A stretch of DNA of 64,000 nucleotides from Mytilus trossulus (lineage: Eukaryota), in assembly GCF_036588685.1 (NCBI RefSeq), contig NC_086380.1, positions 4,836,001-4,900,000 of the forward strand, given 5' to 3'. Below are positions 1 through 11,300 of the stretch, piece after piece. Below the pieces are notes generated by a model. That model was not told the DNA's origin and ran no database searches. It saw only the letters and a list, made by a program, of their open reading frames with translations. The translations under genes were made by a program, and so were the position numbers. Every line of letters starts with the position of its first letter. Position 1 is the first letter of the stretch.

Positions 1-2190
1 TAATGCTGTTCCTGGAAATCTCATACAATAAGCCTATGTACTTTGGGACAGGACAGTTGCCCTACAATTTTTTTCAAAATGTATTATAAAAAGTAAAATA
101 ACAAAAATACCGAATTTCAAGGAAAATTAAACATGAAAAATCTTTTAGCAGATGGCAAAATAAAAAGTGCAAAGATATCAAACTAGAGGTAAACAACTGT
201 CATGTTCATTACTTGGTACATGTAATTCCTATCACACGTGTACGACAGTCGTAGGGACCCCTATTGAAAGTTATGTAAATAGTCAAACAAATGTTGTTTC
301 CAGTAAGGTTATATATGTTAATCAAACACGAAAAAAACAACACGAAAATAATTTAATATTAAGGAAGAAGAAAAGGAATTTAGAAAAAGGGTGATGACAT
401 CTAAGAATTTCTTGTCCCAAAGTACCTGTGGTTGTAAGTAGTCAATTTTCAAACCTTAAATGATTCATAATAAAATTGTCTTGCATAATCCAAATTCTCA
501 ACTACTAGTATCAGTGCTTTATTTCTTTTTCGTCTTAAGAATTAAGAGTAGATCGGGGAATGCTCTTTTGCATGAAGACCCCAGGAATAGGTGGGTATTG
601 AAATATTGTCAACTGGACCTCTCACACCAAACAGTGAAATCCATTGTTAACAAAGATGTCCATTTTGGTGTGTAAGATGCATACATACGTCTCCCTGTCC
701 GGTCGTATTAAGTTCGTTAAAATTGATGCCTTGTGTATTGTAGATAGGGACAGTTCTGTGTTCGCGTTATGCACGTGAAAAAGTCAAAACAAAAAATATT
801 TGAGGGACAAAGCTAAACTTCTTCCCATATTCAACATACCATCACTTACCAGTGACAGTCTAAAATTACAGCATTTCATCCCGTTAAATTTTCTTTGCAG
901 AATCTTCCTATATTAATTTTAATAGATTTTTTGAATATCTGTTCTCGTCTGAATATGAATGAAATATTAGCCACTGGACTTACACAAAAACCAATCAACC
1001 ATAGACATGATGTTGCTATTACATGTTCTTTTTTAATTAACGAAGATTAAAATGTATGCACATCTTTGATATGGATAAGAACCCTGTAACTAGATATAGG
1101 AAGATGTGGTATGAGTGCCAATCAGACAACTCTCCATCACCAAAAATGTGTAGGTCAAAGATCAACTGGTTCAACCGCCTCACTGCTTTACGCATGTGCA
1201 ATGTTTCTATTTCTGACGATGAAACTTATTCAGATTCCTTAAGGATAATCATTTTGCCAAATCTTTGATAGTTTGTTACTCTACTCAGACTTTATTTAAG
1301 ACTATTGATGTGACAGAGATTGACAAATTTATTATACATTATGAGAGAGAGGCGAAAGATACAAGAGGGACATTCAACTCATAAATATAAATAGACACAT
1401 AATGTACACGTTGGTCTCTAGATGTCTTTTAATTGGTTGTGATCAGGCCTTGTGGTAATAAAATGCTACTCAATACTCTTGAGTTCAAATGTGTGCTCAA
1501 AACACCAAATCCAGTTTTTTGATCGGTTGATTTCTGAGTACAGTGATCATGCTCAAAAGTTTTATGCCCCGCAAGGCCTGGTGTGCTTGTCTAATGTCGT
1601 ATACCCATATTCCCTTAAATTCACATATAGAATGGTTTCAGCGAAGGGCTTAAAACGTTAGATGCTACTTTCACTTCTACTTCTACTTTGTAGTAACCGC
1701 CTTCAACACGTTGAAATTTACGTCACTTGAAAACTCACAACTAGATGCCAATATTCAACCACTTTTGGCATTTCCGAGCATTCACCTTTTCTACGCGATC
1801 TTTATACTCTACTGTAAATACAAAATTCCTTATGTATATACTTAATATATCTGGATCTGGTGAATAACTGTAATCAACGACCATTTCTCAAGCTAAAGAA
1901 ATCAAAACGTTTTACATAGGGATAATTACATGTAAGGTGGTTGACTTCTTACTAATAATGATAGCATTATCTATTCATAATATTTAACTTTAAGAATTTG
2001 TAAGTGTACTGTAAATGATTTAAGATATTACTTATGTTAAATATTGTTAACACAACAATAGTGATAATGGCCTCATAGTTGTAATCTGTAAAGAATACAA
2101 TTTTATTTCATTAAAAGTAAATGTGTATTATAATATACCTCGTTTGACTATTGGCTTTTGTCAGGTGTATGCTTTCTTGGTCTTTGCCAT

Positions 2191-3227
2191 CAGGGGCATG
2201 TCCAGGATATTTGAAAGGGGGCGTAGAATAAAATATTTCGCCGAGCGTAGCGAGGCGAAAAAAATTTTGGACCTTTTTTGGCTTAAAAACATAAAATAAT
2301 AGAGAATTGCACTAATGCAACGGTTCCTGACTTGGAGCATGTATATTTTATAGTTAAAGTGTCAGGGTGTGACATTTTTTATGCCGAGTTCTCTCCATTA
2401 ATTGTCTATGGTATATTAAAATGATTGGATGGATCTTAACAGCAGTAGACCAATAACGAGAAATTCCAAACTCAAGGGTATAAGGAGTTACTTAACATTT
2501 CAATTCCTAGGCCAGGATTTTATGAACGAGAGGCGTGATTACGGTTGAGGGTCCATGGGGAAGCTCAGAGGCTCCTGAATTTCAACAATTTAGCATCAAA
2601 TTATGAAGTAATCCCTCTATTTTTGATTAAGTTCGGGTTTCGTTGAACATGCTACAAGACAAATAAACACTGAAGAATAAAGTTCTTTCGTTCTGAGTAT
2701 TGCTTTAATGTGGAAACATACATATTTCTAGTATACATGATCCTTGACGCAAAACCTAAAATGAACACAGAAAAATTACTAGAGTGGAATCATTAGAACT
2801 ATTTTACGTGGATTTCTCATGGCGTAATCGTCAATAATTTTATCAAAATCAAGTTTAATGTCTCTGTGAACATATAAAAGAAGCAGAGCATTTAGGCGAT
2901 CCTCCTTCATGGTGCTTCTCAAATCATTCTTGATCAACTTGAAGGATGAGTTAGCTCTTTCGGTGGAGCTTGACGTGACGCTCGTCAAAGCAAGTAAGAA
3001 GAGAACTTTCATGATGTTTGGAAATAAAGTCGAGCATGCCCTTACATCAGTTAAGGTTGATGTTATTGACTCTGCATGGTTTGTACGGTAATTTTTCGAA
3101 AAACTGCTTCCAGAGTCTCATCTCTTGCCTGAATGTTTCAGGCGAAGGCAGATTATAACGATTTTTTTTATTGATTTTTTTTAAAGGGGGCGTACGCCCA
3201 TTACGCCCTTACCTGGACCTGCCCCTG
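2191..3227 (-). mobile_element. Internally deleted hAT-superfamily DNA transposon with 5-bp TSD
   Basis: TIRs CAGGGGCATGTCCAGG / CCTGGACCTGCCCCTG (15/16 match), flanked by GCCAT at 2186-2190 and 3228-3232. Contains a transposase C-terminal fragment. Confidence 0.88.
2779..3154 (-). pseudogene. hAT transposase C-terminal dimerisation domain fragment (ZMYM1/PRKRIR-like), frameshifted
   Basis: LPSPETFRQEMRLWKQFF / LFPNIMKVLFLLALTSVTSSSTERANSSFKLIKNDLRSTMKEDRLNALLLLYVHRDI matches the hATC pattern FPN...S...ER.FS.....K...RSTM...RL..L. Confidence 0.85.
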
Positions 3228-5437
3228 GCCATACATTGGAGTCTGGTAGGTGTATATAAATGTGGAATTTAGAAAAATCGACAATGTGAAAAGTGACAAA
3301 AAAGAAGGGGGGGGGGGGGGGTGAAGGGAAAACATAGGGAAAACAATAATAAGTATGAAATAGTGGGGTGCTATGGAATAAAATGCATAGAAAAAAAAAA
3401 TTGGCCTAAAATATTAAGAATATTGAAAGACCCTACGTGAAGACCCTCTTTCTATCCGGTACATTCTATCCAGACCCTATTGTATATTTTTCTGTTGAAC
3501 TTTCCTAATGATATTTGTACACTACCCTGATTATTGGTTAATTTCTGTGGGAATGATAATCCTAGATACATACAAAGTATATATAAATTGTTGTATATGG
3601 TAGTACCATCAATTTATTTACATTTTCGGAAACTTAATTGTTTTTTTGTAGGATATTCCTCAAGTTTTACAAAGTGTAGTACTCTAGATTTACATGGTAG
3701 ACAGTCGGGAGCATATCAAGCATGCTGCAATATTAAAAAGGGGGATTCCTAACCCTGGACAAAAAGGGGGGTTCCAACTACATGTTCCCATTCAAAGGCA
3801 TTGGGCAAAATGCATATAAAAAGAATAAAATTTGGGATTCGTGCGCTTTCTCAGTAGCTATATTTCGATCTATATACTATTCTTGTGCTGTAAAGTTGTT
3901 GATCGTGATTTTCATTTCAATTTTACGGGGAAAACAACAATCAGCAACAATAAATTGAATATTTTAACGCTTGCCAATATTTTTTTTACCTAACGTTACA
4001 GTGTTAAGAGTCCTCGGTAATCATTTTCTTGTCATTTTATAAAATTTCCTAAAATAAAATCGTATAAAATTCTAGTTATGAAATATGGCATAAGACAACA
4101 ACTCTTAATTAAATGATGAGATTAGTTTTCTGCATACCTATTGCTTAATCGAAGGCTCCAAAGAGATACCAGATGTGTATCGTCTGCTGATAATCAAATA
4201 ATTGTCTGCACGTGAATTACAGCATTTTCGTCTTCTGATTCATAACATCAGTGCCATATTTCAAGAAGGTTAACATACACAGGTAAGAAAGCAAATACTT
4301 TGAATTTTTCACCTCTATTAATGTGTAATTTATCCAATGTAAAATTATATTGTGTCCGTCCCTTGTTGATTACGATTACTATATATGTTACAATTTTTGC
4401 GCATTTGACACACTTTCCCTTAGATGCTACACAAATATGTAGATATCAGACATCCCCCTTTTCATTACCAAAATGCTTGCACTATGAGTTGCAATCTAGC
4501 TTCCACTTTAAATACAAAGCATTTATTTCATGTTTGTATTGAATGATGTACAGGTAAGCGTACAGTGATATCAGAAGTAAACACGAAGCACACCAAAGTG
4601 AAATATTACAGTGTTTTGATAAAATAACAAAACACTGAACAAATCACACTCATTGACAAAGTGTTCAATATTTATATTGTTTGTAAAGAATGTCAGAAAA
4701 CTGAGACGAATGTTCGAATAATATTTTACTTTGAAAGCGCAAATGGCATCAATACGCTATTATATACCACAGTCAGCTCACGTGCGATTGTGATATATAT
4801 CCACAAAACTTGAATGAAAGTAATTCAATGTGCACTAAAGATATGCAGAAATAGTAAAGTGGACAAATATTGAGAACAATACTTTAACATTCAGCGATGA
4901 TTCAATGGCTCTTCTCATTATCTATCTGTCAGCCATTACACGTGATCCGCGACAGATGCACATGCATGTACGTGCATTTTGTTTACATGAAATCGAACCT
5001 AAGATAATCAGTAAGGTATTTATAGAAGAGAACTTTATATAGCTGATTTGACGATGTTTCTTGTCATTATAAATTGAAAGTGAAACAGCCAGACAGTTAT
5101 ACAAATTCAGATGATTAATTCATCACAAATTATAATCATCGCAATCGACTAATGGAATAGAAAAATTAAAGAAGACAAGACAAATACTTCTGTTCTGTTC
5201 TGTTCAGGTAGATTCCACCGTTATGTATCGGAGCACTCCCACTTGGGGATATATGGTTTTAAAATATTTACAGATATTTACAGTGTGGTGTGGTGCTCAA
5301 GTTTAAAAAAAAACAACCTTATATACAGGTAAAACTGTGATTTTTAAGAACAATTGTTTAAAATTATGTGCTATTTACATCATTTATGATTCTACCTAAG
5401 TTAGAGTTTATGATTTTAAAAACAGTTGCATTTATAT

Positions 5438-5845
5438 CAATTCAATTCAATTCAAAGTTTTATTGCCATACAAACTTTACAGTTTGTGACATAATATAAC
5501 AACAACAAAAACAAATAAAGACAATAACTAAGTAACTCAATATATATACACAAATTCAGGTAGATATTAAGTCCCCTGTCCTCAGTTCCATTGACTTTTT
5601 TTTTTATAAAGGATCCTAGTTTATTCACTTGTGTTGGCGTTGATGGGTTAAGTATATATATTACTTTGTCATTGTCAGTGAGATTAGCAAATGAATTACT
5701 TTCTCTGTTAATGCAATCAAAATATGTTAATCTAATATTTGAATTATGAGAACAATTTATTAAGAAATGTTTCTCATCATCTAGTACTTTGCATTTTTTG
5801 CAAAGTCTCTCTTCGCGAGGAATTTTAAAATGCCTCCCTTTTTCA
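5438..5845 (-). mobile_element. 5'-truncated non-LTR retrotransposon 3' end (RTE-X/CR1-group-like)
   Basis: Minus frame EKGRHFKIPREERLCKKCKVLDDEKHFLINC (E.GR...R.C..C....E.HF...C ORF2 C-terminus), followed by AATAAA and a (TTGAA)n tail. Confidence 0.8.
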
Positions 5846-6160
5846 CATTAATTATTATTTGTTTATGTTAACCAGTATGATTGCGACATCGTTATTAGCT
5901 ATCAAAAACTGCCAAAATAAATGAAGGTATAAACATAAACATTTTTTTTTTTATTTATTATTGAATAGATATAATAAAAATGTTCGGTCTTTTACTATAC
6001 AAATGCGTACACATTTTTTTTAAATAGTAGATAGGTACTAGCATTGGAAAATTTGCAGTGAACATGATTATCACATTATCTATACACAACGTGTTTTGTC
6101 GACTGACCATACCATTTCTCATTTCCAGATCAAATTATTCTAAAAGCCATTTTTACTGGT

Positions 6161-8177
6161 TTATTCGGTAATGAGGTATCCAGAAAATGTCGACCTATGA
6201 TCTCCATAAATTCTTTCCGAAGCATCGGCATGTTTCACATAAACTGTGTCATTTAATTTCAATGCCATCACAACATTCAGAGTCCCTGTTGATAAATCAT
6301 TACCGAAAGCCAGGACTACTTTCTCATTATTTTTCCACAGATAGCAGTGTAAATCGCTATTATGATAAGCCATAACCGTTGTTGAAATAGAGTAGAGTCC
6401 CGTTTTCGGCGCAGTAAAAACTCCAGTGTCCTGACTGTAGACTCCACCCATGTTTAACCATATTTTGTCAAATACTACAACTTCATTACTAGCAAGACTC
6501 TTTGTTGGCGTAAGCGATGCTGTAAAGGCTGGCCTTTCCCTTTTTCGTCCAGGTTCTGAAAAATAATTTTCAATCTATTTTGTATACAGCTGTACAATAA
6601 CCCAATACAGTCTATATTTTTTCTATTAAAAATTATACTTATCGAAAGTGAGAATAAGCCTTCACTTGAAATAAGTAACATGTAGACGAAACGCGCGTCT
6701 GGCGTACTAAATTATAATCCTGGCACTTTTGATAACTATTTAAACCACTGGGTCAATGCCACTGCTGGTGGACGTTTCGTCCCAGAGGGTTTCACAAGCC
6801 CAGTAGTAACCACTTCGGTGTTGACCTGCATATCAATCATGTAGCCATTTTTATAAATATCTTGTTTACAAAACTTTGAATTTTTCGACAAACTAAGGAT
6901 TTTCTTGTTCCAGGCATAAATTACCTTAGCCGTATTTGGCACAACTTTTGGGAATTTTGGATTCTCAATGCTCTTCAACTTTTTACGTGTTTGGCTTTAT
7001 AAATATTACGATTTGAGCGTCACTGGATTATGAAGACGAAACGCGCGTCTGGCGTACTAAATTATAATCCTGGTACGTTTGATAACTATATATTTGCTTG
7101 CATTTCCTATCATGATTTTCTTGATAGAGGGTTACTGCTTACAAGGAAGCTATTAAACCAAGAGTTCCAAATGGTGAAGTTGAAATCATCCCTTCGTAAA
7201 TTTTACGGATCGACGCCATCACGAGTTGGTTGACCGTTATGGAATAACCGTTGCACAAATGATATCGGATATGTTCCTTACGTCGTAACTACAATCCCCT
7301 TCCCTTTCATGAATTTGACCTACCGAATTAGACTATTTACCGGATTTGTAATCACATAAGCAACACGACGGGTGCCGCATGTGGAGCAGGATCTGCTTAC
7401 CCTTCCGGAGCACCTGACATCACCCCAGTTTTAGGTGGGGTTCGTGTTGTTTATTCTTTAGTTTTCTATGTTGTGTCATGTGAACTATTGTTTTTCTGTT
7501 TGTCTTTTTTCATTTCTAGCCATGGCGTTGTCAGTTTGTTTTAGATTTATGAGTTTGACTGTCCCTTCGGTATCTTTCGTCCCTCTTTTTGTACACGCTG
7601 CATATCAGTTATATAAACATAAATACATATGGTCAGGTCTTCATATAAATGAGACAAAATTAAGAAGCATAACATTATAGGTATAACAATATCTTTTACT
7701 AAAACGATTTACACATTATAATTATAATCTTGGTACTTATGATAACTTACTACATACACTCAGAATTCGAAGTGGCGGATCCAGAAGGGCGGGTGGTTCC
7801 GGGGGATAAAAAAAACCCTTTTTGGTAACGATCAATGCATTTGAATAGGGACATATGGTTTGACCCCCCCCCTTTTCGTAGTATTTTTTTTTGTCATAAA
7901 AGCTACAGAAATACATCATATACATACCGTATCCTATGTCTTCAAGAACAGCCTGTTTTATCCGAGGAATCATCTCGTTCATGGTATCTTCTACTGTCTT
8001 CTTAATAGCTATCTTCAACACCTGGTTAAGTTTCGTGGTATCGAACAGAGCAACTAAAGGCATATTTAGATTGTCCAGTAGTGGTATCTCAGTAGAAGAG
8101 TTGTCACTATTTTGTCCTTTCGCGTATTTCATAATCGTAATTACTAAAAATTGAAGCAAAATCCCTCTTAGTACCAT
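6161..8177 (-). CDS. C1q domain-containing secreted protein, g1 (214 aa; exon 1 8177-7928, exon 2 6555-6161)
   Basis: Exon 1 reads MVLRGILLQFLVITIMKYAKG (signal peptide) plus a helical stalk and ends G|GTATGT. Exon 2 follows ttttcAG. The phase-1 join is in frame: IGY-E-PGRKRERPAFTASL...VFDKIWLNMGGVYSQDTGVFTAPKTGLYSIS...LKLNDTVYV...STFSGYLITE*. All gC1q hallmark motifs are present (AF.A, F..V..N.G..Y...TG.FTAP..GLY, L...D.V.V, STFSGYL). Confidence 0.93.
6684..7090. repeat. Dispersed ~370-bp repeat in g1 intron
   Basis: GTAGACGAAACGCGCGTCTGGCGTACTAAATTATAATCCTGG... occurs at the homologous intron site in g3 (19067-19416) and g6 (41214-41566). Related copies at ~29100-29320, ~52250-52420, 56158-57035 and 62587-62795. 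Confidence 0.8.
7091..7590 (+). mobile_element. Penelope-like retroelement 3' fragment
   Basis: ACISYHDFLDRGLLLTRKLLNQEFQMVKLKSSLRKFYG is homologous to the post-RT part of the element at 50650-51120 (ACSHYTDFIYRSVLLTQKLLQQ...LRKFYG). Absent from g3 and g6 introns. Confidence 0.7.
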
Positions 8178-8272
8178 AGTTACAAGTTCAAGAATTGTTT
8201 TCTTCTCTCCGACTGTGTACTTAAAAATTAACCTGCAAGAACTTATATGTTTCGGAAATTACGAATGCAAAG

Positions 8273-8395
8273 TATTTATATGCATTGATCACGTGGCTTA
8301 TGATAACAAAAACATAAAAAAAAAAACAAAAAAAAAAAACTGTTAAAGAGTAAGAGTGTTTGTTTGCAAATTAAAGACCGGCAAATGGTGTAAGT
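8273..8395 (-). promoter_or_regulatory. Putative core promoter of g1 (TATA box, E-box, conserved upstream block)
   Basis: Minus-strand TATAAATA at 8280-8273 is ~100 nt upstream of the ATG, with CACGTG just upstream and a conserved GCCGGTCTTTAATTTGCAAACAAA block. Same TATA at 14825, 20122, 34158, 37665, 42256, 50169/50255 and 60521. Confidence 0.65.
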
Positions 8396-11300
8396 TAACG
8401 TACTAGTGTGCTGTTTTTTTTACATTTTTTTTTATCAGATATCAAAGAGAACTGTTTAAATTAAAAATATTTTGTTACAAGATTTATATAGTCGTTGAAA
8501 GTTTAAAGCAATAAGTTGGGGCTCATGTAGGGTAGCACTCTTATATTGCAAGATCGCTTTTAAAGAAAGACAAGAACAGACTCACAGGTGATTTTGAAGC
8601 AAATGTAAAAGTCTCCAAATTAACGCTTTGGACATATTTAAGGTCACAGATCGTTTTAATTAGACGTCAGGTTGCACGATTGTCCAGGAAACCCGAAGCA
8701 TGTTAGACCTTCTTGGCTATCCGGCAAGATCAACACAACTTTTGAGAAAAGTTGTGAAAACATTCCAAAAAAATTTAGTTAAATGACAAGTGTAGTGCAC
8801 ATCGAGGTGGATAGTCCTATGCCAGTATTTTCTGGAGGCATTTTGAGAGGGAAATAATCTACCATCAGATTAAACATATTCACTTAGGTGCTGAGTCCGT
8901 TTTATAGTCACGAAGGACATGTCAAACACACATGACGTCACAAATCGTGAGATGGGATTAAAGGAAGAGCTGAACAGAAAATGCACAGACTATTTAAAGA
9001 CCGATTAGATATATCACATCAGTCCGGCTTTTATAACTACATGTGAAGCTTGATATTCTTACCCTTCTGGGGCAACTTAGGCCATCCCCGTTTTGGGTGG
9101 GGTTCGTGTTGTGTACTCTTTAGTTTCCTATGTTATACATGTATTTTGTGTAAATTAAGTGCCTGTTTGTCTTTTTTCTTTTGCGACATGGCGTTGTCAG
9201 TTTAATATTTTCGAGTTATTTCGCCTCTCTTTTGTGAGTTTATAAATGACTATGATCAACATTGATCTCACACTTGTAAAAACAGACCAGGATATAAAAT
9301 TTCGAACATTAAAGTTCCAGGTAGGCTTACTTTAGTACTATGTTTTAAATTAGCGACACGGATCTGACGAATGCTTTGTGTTTACAGTTTTATTTTCGTA
9401 TAATTTGCACTAAAAAGAATTTTATTTATACGCATTGGGTTCTGTTGACGTCCACGTATATTGTTGAAATATATCATTTTTTGACATTATCACTCCAATA
9501 TAAAAAAAAGAAGAAGATGTGGTATGACTTCCAACGAGACAACTATCCACAAGAGATCAAAATGAAACAGATATTGACAACTATAGGTCACCGTACGGCT
9601 TTCAACAATGAGCAAAGCCCATGCCGCATAGTCAGCTATAAAAGGCCCCAATATGACCATATTTTATACAACAAACTAATGATCTCTTGCCCGCAACTTA
9701 AAACTTTTTTGAGAAGATGATCGTACTTCATCACAGTTTTAATGATTTTGTTCAGTTTCTTGTGACAATTAATACAAGTATTCAAAACAAAACCATGCTT
9801 GTTGGAAAATGTTATCGCATATCTTATAATAGCACAAAAATTAATAGTATTTCAGCTGTTATCTTTCGATGATTTCCTACAATCACATCTTTACAATTTG
9901 TTTTTTACGATTTTCATGTAAGAAAATTCTGTACAAATAACACTTTAGAAAGCATTTTTTAGGCATGCTTTAATATCTATAACTGGTGAAATGTAAAACA
10001 TGCATCAGTTTAATGAGACCCAAAGAACTGCACTCAAAATATTTTTTTTTACGCCTCTTGTTTTCTGTTGACGTCCACGTATATTATTGAAATATGTCTT
10101 CTTGTTTTACCAAATCACTCCAACTATGTTTTTAAACAACACATTAATGATCTCCTGCAAGCGACTCAAACTTCTGAGGAAAGAGTTTGGAGAGTTATTT
10201 TGAGAGATAATCGAACTTTATCACAATTTAAATGATATTTTTTAGTTCCTAGTGACATTTCCCAATTGTCAATGCTAGTATTCAAGACAAAACCATGGTT
10301 GTTTGAAAATACTATCGCATATCATATGATAGTACAAACACTAATAGTATTCTAGATGTAATTTTGGGATGATTTCCTACAATTACATTTTTACAATTTT
10401 TATTTTTGGGATACGATTGCTTTCAAGCAATCTGTAGACTTTTACCGTTGACTCAGGGCTCATTCCCTCAAGTCAACTGTTTTATTCTAAACATTCATCA
10501 ACTTCTCAGATTCTTTTGATTGTCTTGCTTTAAAAGGTAAAAATAAGCAAATAAATTGGATATAAACAACTTTCCTGTAATGTTCTTCTCATAATCTTCA
10601 TGTTTGATATTTCCCTTTGACTTATATGAGTGTTTTTAACAACACGGAAAATCATAATTAAGCAGTATTTATATTTAGTGTTTTTAGAAATTTAGAAACA
10701 CGTCAGATAAAAACTTAAGTGGAGTATATCTATATTTTACCGTTATGAAACTGATATTTGATACTGTACTCTCATGAAGATATGGAGAACCATTCATCAT
10801 ATCATTTGATAAACGTTCTTGTTCCAAGTCGCAACTCGCGGTTTTGTTTATGCATTAACGCGCATGCGTGTAGTTTTCTTGATTATCCGATTGAGTGGTT
10901 TCTCTGGATTCCCCACTTCATTGATTAATTTGAAACTCATGGGATTCGTTCTTTGTCTGTCTGCTATTGAGGGTTATTGTTATTATATAATTTTAAATCA
11001 TATACATCATTTCAATTATATGTTTACCTATAACACCCCTTCAGTCGAAATGGAGTATTATCGTTTCGAGTTGTCTCCCTTCTGAAAGTATTTTCCGTCA
11101 ACGAAATACACTACGACGTGTCAAGAAAAAATAACTTGTTTGATGTCGATAAACGTCTTATTATATTAAGAACGATCTCAATTTAAACAAAGGAGTGTGT
11201 ACGGAAAGGAGTCATGCCCACGGACCCAAAAAAATAATATTTAAAGCGTTAGAAATGGGGTTCCTCCTAGAATTAACGGTGATAAGATACGAAGTGAAAT

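Noticed and set aside
4956-5042. 28-codon plus-strand ORF MHMHVRAFCLHEIEPKIISKVFIE in the conserved downstream block
   Set aside because: Frameshifted in the 17.9-kb copy and broken in the 57-kb copy; no independent coding evidence.
6736-6978. 80-aa ORF repeated at 19121-19363 and related ORFs at 56452 and 56789
   Set aside because: They lie within a dispersed non-coding repeat and are disrupted in the 41.3-kb copy.
7737-7927. Read-through extensions of exon-1 ORFs (GMYMMYF...) and upstream extensions of exon-2 ORFs (e.g. 59007, 37072)
   Set aside because: They run past conserved GT donors or AG acceptors into introns, and their lengths are not conserved.
7860-8154. Plus-strand ORFs recurring at each gene (also 14645, 19838, 37331, 41919, 59223, 6187, 40712)
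   Set aside because: Antisense shadows of the C1qDC exons; their recurrence is explained by paralogy.
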